From NCBI GenBank assembly GCA_026991575.1, contig JALXBF010000158.1, positions 1-41,096 on the forward strand: a DNA stretch of 41,096 nt, in the 5' to 3' direction. The notes beneath the pieces were generated by a model, which searched no databases, had not been told where the DNA came from, and worked only from the letters and a program-made list of their open reading frames with translations. The DNA is from Planctomycetota bacterium. GTDB lineage: Bacteria; Planctomycetota; Planctomycetia; JALXBF01. The position numbers and the translations under genes were made by a program. Below are positions 26,203 through 34,787 of this stretch, one piece after another (position 1 is the stretch's first letter; each line of letters opens with the position of its first letter).

Positions 26203-26942
26203 AAGGTGTGATCCTGGCAGGTGGTCTGGGTACCCGCCTCTACCCGCTGACGAAGGTGACCAACAAACACCTGCTGCCGGTCTACGACAAGCCGATGATC
26301 TACTACCCGATCCAAACGCTGGTCGACAGCGGCGTGACCGACATCATGATCGTCACCGGCGGCAACAACGCGGGCGATTTCCTGAGGCTACTGGGCAGCG
26401 GCAAGGAATTCGGACTGAAGCACCTGAACTACGCCTACCAGGAAGGGGAGGGTGGCATCGCTGAGGCACTGAGTCTGGCCGAGCACTTCGTGGGCAACGA
26501 TCCCGTGCTGTTGATGCTGGGCGACAACTTTCTGGAGAAGCCGATCACGGACGCCGTCCGCCGCTTCCGTGAGAATCCCCATGGGGCGGTGATTTTCGTC
26601 ACGGAAGTGGAGCACCCGGAGTGGTACGGGGTCGTGGAAATGGATGGCGATCGCGTGGTGCGGATCATCGAGAAGCCGAAGGATCCGCCATCGAATCTGG
26701 TGGCGATTGGCGTGTACATGTACGACAGCCGCGTCTTCGACATGATCCGGCAGCTGAAGCCGTCGGCCCGGGGTGAGTTGGAGATCACGGACGTGAACAA
26801 CATGTACCTGGAGCGCGGCGAGCTGCGGTGCGAGCGGATCGAGGGCTGGTGGGCCGACGCGGGCGAAAGCATCGAGATGTACCTGAGGGCCAACTTGCTG
26901 GCCGCCCGTCTCAACGGCGTCGAGATCAAGTTGCCTTTCTGA
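26199..26942 (+). CDS. Glucose-1-phosphate thymidylyltransferase, short form (RmlA/SpsI-like)
   Basis: MKGVILAGGLGTRLYPLT, KHLLPVYDKPMIYYP, LGDN, IIEKPK and SARGELEITDVN. Confidence 0.9.
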   Translation: MKGVILAGGLGTRLYPLTKVTNKHLLPVYDKPMIYYPIQTLVDSGVTDIMIVTGGNNAGDFLRLLGSGKEFGLKHLNYAYQEGEGGIAEALSLAEHFVGNDPVLLMLGDNFLEKPITDAVRRFRENPHGAVIFVTEVEHPEWYGVVEMDGDRVVRIIEKPKDPPSNLVAIGVYMYDSRVFDMIRQLKPSARGELEITDVNNMYLERGELRCERIEGWWADAGESIEMYLRANLLAARLNGVEIKLPF

Positions 26943-27212
26943 GGCAACGTGTGCAACCGGACAGCCCCGGCCAGCGCTGCGGCGTGCCGCGTGGCCATCG
27001 CTTTGATCGCAGCGTCTGGTGACATGGGACGACCCATGGCGGCCAATAGCGGTCGCATGGTCGGGTGCCGCTCAGGGGGGTGCGCGATCGGCATCAGGGA
27101 CCTCACCTGTAGCGCGGTGTGAGTGGGGTCGCGGCACGCGGGGGCTGTTGGAGCGGCATGGGCGGCGTTTCCGGTGGGTGCTGCTAGCTTGGCGGTTCAG
27201 TGGCCGCCGCGA

Positions 27213-27240
27213 TTGCCACTTGTGACGAACGTGCTATAAT
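27213..27240 (+). promoter_or_regulatory. Sigma70 promoter of the rho operon
   Basis: TTGCCA-N16-TATAAT with an extended -10 (TGcTATAAT), about 300 bp upstream of the rho ATG. Confidence 0.75.
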
Positions 27241-27543
27241 TGCGGCGCACCTGATGGGCAGTATCTGGCGGTCATGCCCGGCCACCCAGTGCGGCTCTTG
27301 GACTGACTCGAACCGCTCACGGTTCACGCCCACAAGCACGTAACATCTGCACAGACTGCTTACCGGAGTGGAAGCGATGTCGCCAGCAACGTACCTACCG
27401 TCTTCCCGGCTAACGCGTTCGCCTTAGACCCGTGTCGACTCGGCTACCGATCGCGTCGCTACGACCAGAGCTAGGCTAGGATCCAACCGTAACCTGCCTA
27501 AACCGATCCCCATATCCGGGCTACTCCCTTGGAGGAAACGCAC

Positions 27544-28989
27544 ATGGCTGAGCAGCGCGGTTCCCGCTACCAGTCCCGTTCCGGTCGGTATCGTGACCGT
27601 GGTCGCCGCGGCCAGGACCACACCGACTACCGTGCGTACACCGGCCCCGCGCTGGACATCGACGATGCGGACGTTAAGCCGTTCGACGATGAGGTGCACA
27701 ACCGCTACGAGCAGATCAAGCGGAGTGATTTGTATCTGAGCGAGCTGCAGAAGATGAGCATGCAGCAGCTCATTGAGAAGGCGCGCGAGGCCGGGATCGA
27801 GGACTACGAGGGGCTGAGCAAACAAGATCTGGTGTTCCGTCTGCTGAAGGAACGCGTGCGGCAGAACGGGCTGATGTATGGCGAGGGGACGCTGGAGATT
27901 CTGCCGGAAGGATTCGGCTTCTTGCGCAGCGCCGACTACAACTACCTCCCCTGCCCGGACGACATCTATGTCTCGCCCAGCCAGATCCGTCGCTTTGGTC
28001 TCCGCACGGGCCTGGTGGTCTCCGGTCAGATCCGGCCGCCGAAAGAGAACGAGCGGTACTTTGCGCTGCTGCGTGTGGAGGCGATCAACTACGAAGATCC
28101 GGATCGGGCCGCTCAGTTGGTACCGTTCGACGAGCTGACGCCGGTTCATCCGTACGAGCGGCTGCGGATGGAGACGGACAGCGACGAGATCAACACGCGG
28201 ATCGTCGACCTGATCACGCCGATTGGCAAGGGACAGCGTGGGCTGATCGTCTCACCGCCGCGTGCCGGCAAGACCATCCTTCTTCAGAAGATGGCCCGGG
28301 CTGTGCTGCAGAACCACCCAGAGTGCTACGTCATCGTGCTGCTCATCGACGAACGCCCGGAAGAGGTGACCGAGATGGAGCGGCAGGTCAAAGGTGAGCA
28401 GGCTGAGGTGATCAGCTCGACGTTCGACGAGCCGACCAGCCGGCACACGCAAGTGTCGGAGATGGTGCTGGAGAAGGCGAAGCGGATGGTCGAATACGGT
28501 CGGGACGTCGTGATCTTCCTCGATTCGATCACCAGGTTGGCCCGTGCTTGGAACGCAGAGTGTCCGCATTCGGGCAAGATTCTCACGGGTGGTATCGACG
28601 CCAATGCCTTGCAGAAGCCGAAGCGGTTCTTTGGTGCGGCGCGCAAGATCGACGAAGGTGGCTCGCTGACAATCATCGCTACCGCGTTGATCGACACCGG
28701 CAGCCGGATGGACGAGGTCATCTTCGAAGAGTTCAAGGGCACCGGGAACATGGAGATCCATCTGGACCGGCGGATGGTGGAGAAGCGGGTCTGGCCAGCG
28801 ATCGACGTCAACCGCTCCGGGACGCGGCGCGAGGAGCTGTTGTTGAAGCCGGATGAGCTGCAGAAGGTGTGGCTGTTGCGCCGCGTGCTGAACGACATGA
28901 ACCCGGTCGAGGCCATGGACCTGCTGGTCAATAAGATGCGGCGCACGAAGAGCAATGCCGAGTTCCTGGCGACACTGAACGTCAGCTGA
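27544..28989 (+). CDS. rho: Transcription termination factor Rho
   Basis: [59 protein letters not shown] and [17 protein letters not shown] before ATG 27544. Confidence 0.98.
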   Translation: MAEQRGSRYQSRSGRYRDRGRRGQDHTDYRAYTGPALDIDDADVKPFDDEVHNRYEQIKRSDLYLSELQKMSMQQLIEKAREAGIEDYEGLSKQDLVFRLLKERVRQNGLMYGEGTLEILPEGFGFLRSADYNYLPCPDDIYVSPSQIRRFGLRTGLVVSGQIRPPKENERYFALLRVEAINYEDPDRAAQLVPFDELTPVHPYERLRMETDSDEINTRIVDLITPIGKGQRGLIVSPPRAGKTILLQKMARAVLQNHPECYVIVLLIDERPEEVTEMERQVKGEQAEVISSTFDEPTSRHTQVSEMVLEKAKRMVEYGRDVVIFLDSITRLARAWNAECPHSGKILTGGIDANALQKPKRFFGAARKIDEGGSLTIIATALIDTGSRMDEVIFEEFKGTGNMEIHLDRRMVEKRVWPAIDVNRSGTRREELLLKPDELQKVWLLRRVLNDMNPVEAMDLLVNKMRRTKSNAEFLATLNVS

Positions 28990-29015
28990 CCAGCTGGCGG
29001 CCCGGAGGGACGGCA

Positions 29016-29552
29016 ATGGCCCGCGAATTCAAGCCGGCACCGGCGCCCCCCGCTGCTGGTCGAGTCGCCCTGGTCGTCTCCGAGACCAACCGGCTCATCA
29101 CCGAGCGGCTCCTCAACGGGGCGCTCGATGAGCTGGCCGGTTGCGGCGTCTCGGACGATCAGGTGGACGTGATCTGGGTGCCGGGTAGCTTCGAGCTGCC
29201 GGCAGCCGTGGCGGCAGCTCTGGAGACGAACCGCTACGGGGCGATCGTCGCGCTGGGCTGTTTGATCCGGGGCGAAACCGACCACTATTACCTGGTCAGC
29301 ATGCGGGCTGCCGCCGGCCTGGCCGAACTGGCCCGTCAGCATCGGGTCGGTTTCGGCTTCGGGCTGCTAGGCTGCGACACCGTCGAGCAGGCCCTGAGGC
29401 GGAGCGGTTCGGAGCACAACCTGGGACGCGATGCAGCGAAGGCGGCGCTGGCCATGTGCCAGCTGATCCGGCACGTCCAGGCGGACGAGCCGACCGGAGA
29501 GTATCACCGCCGGGAACCGCAGCCGCGGCCTGAAGCGTCGACATTAGGATGA
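29016..29552 (+). CDS. ribH: 6,7-dimethyl-8-ribityllumazine synthase (divergent)
   Basis: [22 protein letters not shown] and EQALRRSG. Standard ribH-nusB adjacency. Confidence 0.88.
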   Translation: MAREFKPAPAPPAAGRVALVVSETNRLITERLLNGALDELAGCGVSDDQVDVIWVPGSFELPAAVAAALETNRYGAIVALGCLIRGETDHYYLVSMRAAAGLAELARQHRVGFGFGLLGCDTVEQALRRSGSEHNLGRDAAKAALAMCQLIRHVQADEPTGEYHRREPQPRPEASTLG

Positions 29553-30022
29553 CAACGCGCAGAAGGGCTCGAGAAGTCGCGTTTCAGTTGCTCTACGAGC
29601 TGGAGCTCAATCCCAGGGTGCCCGAGCAACGCCGCACCGAGTACATCCGGGAACATATCCGCGACCCGGAGGGGCGTCTCTACGCCCAGACGCTCCTGGA
29701 TGGCGTGCGTAGCAAGCGGTCGCAACTGGATGAGATGATTCGCCGGCTCCTGGCGCACTGGTCGCTGGAGCGTATCGGGGTCGTAGAGCGGGTGCTGCTG
29801 CGCATCGGGCTGTTTGAGATGCTGTTCCAGCCGGACGTGCCGCCCGCAGTCGCGATCGCCGAAGCGATCCGGTTGGCCAAGCGCTACGGCGACCAGGAGT
29901 CACACCGCTTCGTCAACGGCGTACTGGACGCTGCCCGCCGGCGGTTCCTCGAGCCGGCCAGAGTGGCCGAAACGCCGGAGCATAGCTCAGGAGGTGGAGC
30001 TGTTGCTGAAGAAACTCTTTAG
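29549..30022 (+). CDS. nusB: Transcription antitermination factor NusB
   Basis: RRRAREVAFQLLYE, WSLERIGVVERVLLR, AIAEAIRLAKRYG and FVNGVLD. ATGA overlap with ribH. Confidence 0.95.
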   Translation: MTTRRRAREVAFQLLYELELNPRVPEQRRTEYIREHIRDPEGRLYAQTLLDGVRSKRSQLDEMIRRLLAHWSLERIGVVERVLLRIGLFEMLFQPDVPPAVAIAEAIRLAKRYGDQESHRFVNGVLDAARRRFLEPARVAETPEHSSGGGAVAEETL

Positions 30023-30950
30023 CCGAATCCGCGACGGTCTGGCGAAGACCCGCAAGGTCTTTGCCGGCATGTTCCGGTTTGGGCGCCGTGTCGATGAGGA
30101 GTTCCTCCAGGAGCTGGAAGCGAAGCTGATCCAGGCAGACGTCGGCGTCCACACCGCCATGGCCCTGGTCGACCGCGTGCGGGAAGCCTACCGGAACCGG
30201 GAGGTGGACGAGAACCTGCTGGAGTTCCTGAAGAAGGAACTCAAGCAGTTGATGGCTCTGGAGAACGACTCGATTGCCGCCGTTGAGGAAAGTGACGCGG
30301 AACCGATCAACTTCGCGCCCAGCGGCCCGACCGTGGTCATGGTCACCGGAGTGAACGGATCGGGCAAGACCACCTCGATTGCCAAACTGGCCTACCGCTT
30401 CAAGAACCAGGGCAAGAAGGTGCTCCTGGTCGCTGCCGATACGTTCCGCGCCGGTGCTGTGAACCAGCTTGGTATCTGGGCCGAGCGCATTGGCTGCGAC
30501 ATCGTGCGGGCACCACAAAGCGCGGCCGGATCGCCCGCCGATCCTGCCTCGGTTGCCCATGACGGCTGCGAGAAAGCGGTCGCTCGCGGCTACGACCTGG
30601 TCATCATCGACACGGCAGGCCGGCTGCACACGCAGCAAAACCTGATGCGCGAGCTGGAGAAGATCCGCAGGGTGGTCGGCAAGAAGATCGAGGGGGCGCC
30701 ACATGAAGTGCTGCTTGTGCTCGATGCGACCACCGGGCAGAACGCGCTGCAGCAAGCGCGCAAGTTTGCCGAGGTCGTGCAGTGCACTGGGATCATCCTG
30801 GCGAAGCTGGACGGCACGGCAAAGGGCGGAGCCGTGATCGCCATCCGCCGCGAGCTTGGCCTGCCTGTGAAGTACGTCGGCGTGGGTGAGAAGGCCCCGG
30901 ACCTGGAGCGCTTCAGCGCGGACGCCTTCGTCGAAGGTCTCTTCCAATAA
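30003..30950 (+). CDS. ftsY: Signal recognition particle receptor FtsY (NG domain only)
   Basis: GVNGSGKTTSIAKLA, DTFRA, DTAGRLH, DATTGQN and KLDGTAKGG. TTG start inferred 8 nt after AGGAGG. Confidence 0.95.
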   Translation: MLKKLFSRIRDGLAKTRKVFAGMFRFGRRVDEEFLQELEAKLIQADVGVHTAMALVDRVREAYRNREVDENLLEFLKKELKQLMALENDSIAAVEESDAEPINFAPSGPTVVMVTGVNGSGKTTSIAKLAYRFKNQGKKVLLVAADTFRAGAVNQLGIWAERIGCDIVRAPQSAAGSPADPASVAHDGCEKAVARGYDLVIIDTAGRLHTQQNLMRELEKIRRVVGKKIEGAPHEVLLVLDATTGQNALQQARKFAEVVQCTGIILAKLDGTAKGGAVIAIRRELGLPVKYVGVGEKAPDLERFSADAFVEGLFQ

Positions 30951-31208
30951 GCCGATCCCTGTCCCGGTTGCGTAGTCCGCGTCATGCGCGATCATGACCG
31001 TCGGCCGGCACCAGAGGTACCCCCTTCCCAACCAGCACGTCCTCCAACGGCAATAGCACGCGCCTGGTCGCCGTCCTGGCAACACGGCGTGCGCAGTTGA
31101 GATGCCGGCTCCGAACACCGCTGGTGGCCGACCCGGAACGTGACGCGGATCCCCTAAGATGGGGATCCGGACTGCGTGCGGGTCGGGCCAGTGCAGGAGC
31201 TAACCGTG

Positions 31209-32582
31209 ATGCCGAAGGGTAGTACGAGAACGGAGCGGTCGCTACGTCGCGACGCCGAACAGATCTGGCGGGCAGCCCTCGGGGCCGTGGACGCATACAC
31301 GCTGGTCCGCGAAAGCCTTTCCCACAGCCGCGGCGTGCTACGCGTCGGCGACGGGCACAGGATACGGCTGGGGGAGAATGCCAGCGTGATCGTCGTCGGC
31401 GCCGGCAAGGCCGGTGCTGCGATGGCCCGGGCCGTCGAGGACGCGCTAGTCGATCTCGTGCGCAGTGGCCGACTCACCGGGTGGGTGAACGTACCGGACA
31501 ACCAAGTGGAGCAACTGCGTGCGATCCGGCTGCACCCGGCTCGCCCGGCAGGCAAGAACGAGCCGACGGCAGCCGGGGTCTTCGGCTCAGAACGGATTGA
31601 GCGACTGCTAATGGAAGCCGGACGAGCGGACGTGGCGCTCTGTCTGATATCAGGTGGCGGGTCGGCACTATTGCCGGCGCCGGTCGCAGCGATTTCACTT
31701 GAAGAAAAACAGCGGGTGACGGCACTGTTACATCGAGCCGGTGCGACGATCGAAGAGATGAACGCTGTACGCAAGCACCTGTCGCGGCTGAAGGGGGGCC
31801 GACTGGCTCAGCGGTTCCGTGGCCGTCTCCTGTTGAGCCTGATCATCTCCGACGTCGTGGGTGACCCGCTGGACGTGATCGCCTCCGGGCCGACGGCTCC
31901 GGATCCGACCACGTTTGCCGACGCCCTGGACGTGCTGAAGCGGTATGACTTGTTGGACGAAGTTCCCCCCGCGGTGGTTCAATTCCTTAAGGATGGCATT
32001 GCCGGAAGGGTGCCTGAGACCCCGAAGAAGCTGCCGCGTCGCGTGCACAACCTGGTCATCGGCAACAACCGTACGGCGTTGGACGCAGCCGCCCGGGAAG
32101 CGCGCCGGCTGGGCTACCGCGTGGTCGATCTCGGCGCATTCATTGAGGGTGAGACGCGCGAGGTGGCGCGCGCGTTTGCCGGCATCGTTCGCTCGCTGCT
32201 GCGCGATCGCAAGCCTGCCACATCGCCCGTCTGTCTGCTCAGTGGTGGCGAGACAACCGTTACCCTAACGCCGCACCACGGTCTTGGCGGCCGCAACCAG
32301 GAATTCGCGCTGGCCGTGGCTCACTTCCTGGGCGAGCAGCTGATGCGGAGGGGGGTCGTATGTCTTGCAGCAGGCACGGACGGCGAAGACGGGCCAACGG
32401 ACGCCGCGGGGGGACTGGTCTCTGCCGGGGTGCTGCGGCGAGCCGCCCGGCTGGGGCTCAGTGCCCAGGAGGCACTGGCTCGTCACGACAGCTACCATTG
32501 GCTGGCGCAGAGCCGGGGCCTATTCGTCACGGGCCCAACAGGAACCAACGTCACGGACGTGCGCGTGATCCTCGTAGCCTAG
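31209..32582 (+). CDS. Glycerate 2-kinase, DUF4147/MOFRL family
   Basis: VVGAGKAG, LISGGGSALL, NAVRKHLSRLKGG, SDVVGDPLDVIASGPT, GGETTV, GGRNQE, GTDGEDGPTDAAG and TGPTGTNVTD. Confidence 0.93.
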   Translation: MPKGSTRTERSLRRDAEQIWRAALGAVDAYTLVRESLSHSRGVLRVGDGHRIRLGENASVIVVGAGKAGAAMARAVEDALVDLVRSGRLTGWVNVPDNQVEQLRAIRLHPARPAGKNEPTAAGVFGSERIERLLMEAGRADVALCLISGGGSALLPAPVAAISLEEKQRVTALLHRAGATIEEMNAVRKHLSRLKGGRLAQRFRGRLLLSLIISDVVGDPLDVIASGPTAPDPTTFADALDVLKRYDLLDEVPPAVVQFLKDGIAGRVPETPKKLPRRVHNLVIGNNRTALDAAAREARRLGYRVVDLGAFIEGETREVARAFAGIVRSLLRDRKPATSPVCLLSGGETTVTLTPHHGLGGRNQEFALAVAHFLGEQLMRRGVVCLAAGTDGEDGPTDAAGGLVSAGVLRRAARLGLSAQEALARHDSYHWLAQSRGLFVTGPTGTNVTDVRVILVA

Positions 32583-33470
32583 GACCGGCGCTTCTTCCGC
32601 GCCTTTTTCTGGCTCTTCTTTTTCTTCTTGCTCTTCTTTTTTTTTCTTCTTCTTGCTTTTCCTCTTCGTCTTGCTCGTCCTCTTCGCCTTGGCCTTCTTC
32701 TTCTGTTTCTTGGCCTTCTTCCCTTTCGGGCCTGACGCAGGTTTTGCTTCGTGTTGCTTCTTCGAGCCGGGCTGCGGGTTGGTCTTGACCTGGGGAGCGA
32801 CTCCTTCCACAGGGTCGCCCGCCGTCCGGTACGGGGTCGGCCTGCTGGGTTGCTTCTCTGAAGGCGATTCCTCGGCCGAGTCCGGTTCCTCGCTGTCGCG
32901 CTGCGAGACGTCTGCCGTTGCGCTCGGCCGGTCCCCGGCTGTCTCGTCCGGTGGCATGCCGCCTGTGTCAGGCTGGCGGTAGAGGTTCATGTAGCGGTCG
33001 ATTTCCGCCTTAGTGAACGGGCCTTCGGGCTTTTCCGCTTCGCTCAGTTCCTGATCCACGCCGCCGGTCTGCGCGCCGCTCCGCAGCTGGCGCACGAACT
33101 CCTGGCTGGTGCACACCTTGGCCTTTCTTCGCCGCGCCACATCGCGGATCCGTCGGTCTGAGCTGACGACCACCAGGTGGCGGGGGGCGCTATCCTGCTG
33201 AATCAACTGGATGATGACGTCGTCTGCTTCCGGAGCATCGATTGCGTTGATGATGTGCAGGCCGTAGCGTTGCTCGCGCCGCGGAGCCCACAGCGGTCGC
33301 TGGCGGGCGTCAAAGACGACTGTGACGCGGCCCGTCTGGCATCGGCGGAGTGCCCCGGAGAGTGTCTGCAGGAACCGGTCCAGCTCCTGGTCGTCGGGAG
33401 GCTGGTCCCGGCCTGTCCGGCGCGGCATCATGACAAAGAACAGGTTGAAGCCATCGATCAGATAACGCAC
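32520..33470 (-). CDS. YacP/Rae1-like NYN domain ribonuclease with long disordered Lys-rich tail (probable frameshift at A9; likely true end 32579)
   Basis: YLIDGFNL, VTVVFDA, EADDVI and VVVSSDRRI give the four acidic PIN/NYN residues. See the finding on the A9 run. Confidence 0.82.
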   Translation of the reverse strand: MRYLIDGFNLFFVMMPRRTGRDQPPDDQELDRFLQTLSGALRRCQTGRVTVVFDARQRPLWAPRREQRYGLHIINAIDAPEADDVIIQLIQQDSAPRHLVVVSSDRRIRDVARRRKAKVCTSQEFVRQLRSGAQTGGVDQELSEAEKPEGPFTKAEIDRYMNLYRQPDTGGMPPDETAGDRPSATADVSQRDSEEPDSAEESPSEKQPSRPTPYRTAGDPVEGVAPQVKTNPQPGSKKQHEAKPASGPKGKKAKKQKKKAKAKRTSKTKRKSKKKKKKEEQEEKEEPEKGAEEAPVLGYEDHAHVRDVGSCWARDE

Positions 33471-33584
33471 GCCTCGTTAACCACGCCGATAGATCCGTCC
33501 CCGGTCACGCGGACCGCCGTGAGAGCCAAGGGCTGAGACGCACCGAGTTCGTGCGGAAGTTCCCTGAACTGCAGACAACACGAC

Positions 33585-34748
33585 CTACAGCCCCGCGTCA
33601 TGCTTGGCCACCAGCTCATCGTCCACTTCCACGCCGGTGCCTGGCGCATCGGGCAGGATAAGCCAGCCCTTTTCGACGTGGGGCCGTTTCCTCAAATAGC
33701 CGCTGCCGACAAACTGCCGACCGTTCAGGTCACACGGTGCCGTGATCCCGAAGGCTGCGAACAGGTGGGCTCCCGTGCACATGCCCAGGTCCGTCTCGCA
33801 GAGCCCGGAACCCAATAGCTGGATGCCGGCAGCTTCGGCAAGCTGGCATTGTTGGCGAGCGGGCCAGAGTCCGCCGCACCGCTGCACCTTTGCGATGGCA
33901 ATGTCCAGCGCGTCGTTGCGGATGTATTCCAGCAGGTCCGTGACCGAAACGATGGACTCATCCACCGCGATCGGCACGGCCCCCAGCGACACGAGCCGGC
34001 GGAACTGGCTCGGGGCGTTGCCCCGCAGGGGCTGCTCAAAGGCAGCCACACCGAAGTCGGCCAATCTTCGCGCCTGTCTCATGGCTACGTCCAGCGTGTA
34101 GCCCTGATTGGCGTCGACCCAGAGAAACCGGTTACCGATTTCGTCTCGGACCGCGTGCACAATCGCCAGGTCGGTTTCCTCGCCGGCAAAGCCAATCTTG
34201 ACCTTGAATGCTTCATAGCCCAGCGCCAGCCCCTTGCGCGCTTCTTCGGCGGCTTCGTCGGGAGTGGTAGCGGAGATCAAGTAGCTGAGCTGGATGCGCT
34301 CTGCCCGGCGTGCACCGAGCAGGACGTAGAGCGGCACGTTGAGGCTGCGGGCGATCAGGTCGTGGATGGCGACGTCAATGCCGCTCTTGGCCAACGGCTG
34401 GCCGGTGCTTGTGCCGGGATTGATCGCGCTACCCATCTTGCGATGCAGACCGTCCACGTCCCAGACGGGATGTCCGAGCAGGGCCGGGCCGAGGTAGTGG
34501 CGGATGGTTGTCAGGATGGTCTCGGTCGTCTCATAGGTCCAAGTCGGGCAAGGCGTCACCTCGCCAAAGCCCCGCACGCCGTTGCTGCCTCGGACTTCCA
34601 CCAGCACACGGATCGTGGGCTCGCCCTGCACTGAGAACGTGCCGCCGGCCAGATGGAACGTCCCGGTTGCCGGCAACGCTAGGGCCGTGGCCTTGATGAC
34701 ATCGATCGTAACGTCCTTCAGGCAGTCTCTTACCAGTTCCCCACTCAT
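33585..34748 (-). CDS. Enolase superfamily, muconate-lactonizing/dipeptide epimerase subgroup
   Basis: GFGEV, AKSGIDVAIHDL, FKVKIG (KxK), metal ligands VDANQ, FEQP and VDES, and a second Lys in AKVQRCGG. Confidence 0.9.
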   Translation of the reverse strand: MSGELVRDCLKDVTIDVIKATALALPATGTFHLAGGTFSVQGEPTIRVLVEVRGSNGVRGFGEVTPCPTWTYETTETILTTIRHYLGPALLGHPVWDVDGLHRKMGSAINPGTSTGQPLAKSGIDVAIHDLIARSLNVPLYVLLGARRAERIQLSYLISATTPDEAAEEARKGLALGYEAFKVKIGFAGEETDLAIVHAVRDEIGNRFLWVDANQGYTLDVAMRQARRLADFGVAAFEQPLRGNAPSQFRRLVSLGAVPIAVDESIVSVTDLLEYIRNDALDIAIAKVQRCGGLWPARQQCQLAEAAGIQLLGSGLCETDLGMCTGAHLFAAFGITAPCDLNGRQFVGSGYLRKRPHVEKGWLILPDAPGTGVEVDDELVAKHDAGL

Positions 34749-34787
34749 TGTGCGGCTCCGTGATGATACCTGCCCCGCCCAGCCCGA

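Noticed and set aside
30951..31200. SRP RNA (ffs) next to ftsY
   Set aside because: The hairpin lacks the conserved domain IV sequence (CAGG..GGAAGGAAGCAG) on either strand.
32590..32720. CTT/TTC low-complexity tract as a tandem repeat, terminator or CRISPR
   Set aside because: It is the reverse complement of AAG/AAA Lys codons of the NYN tail. There is no repeat-spacer structure.
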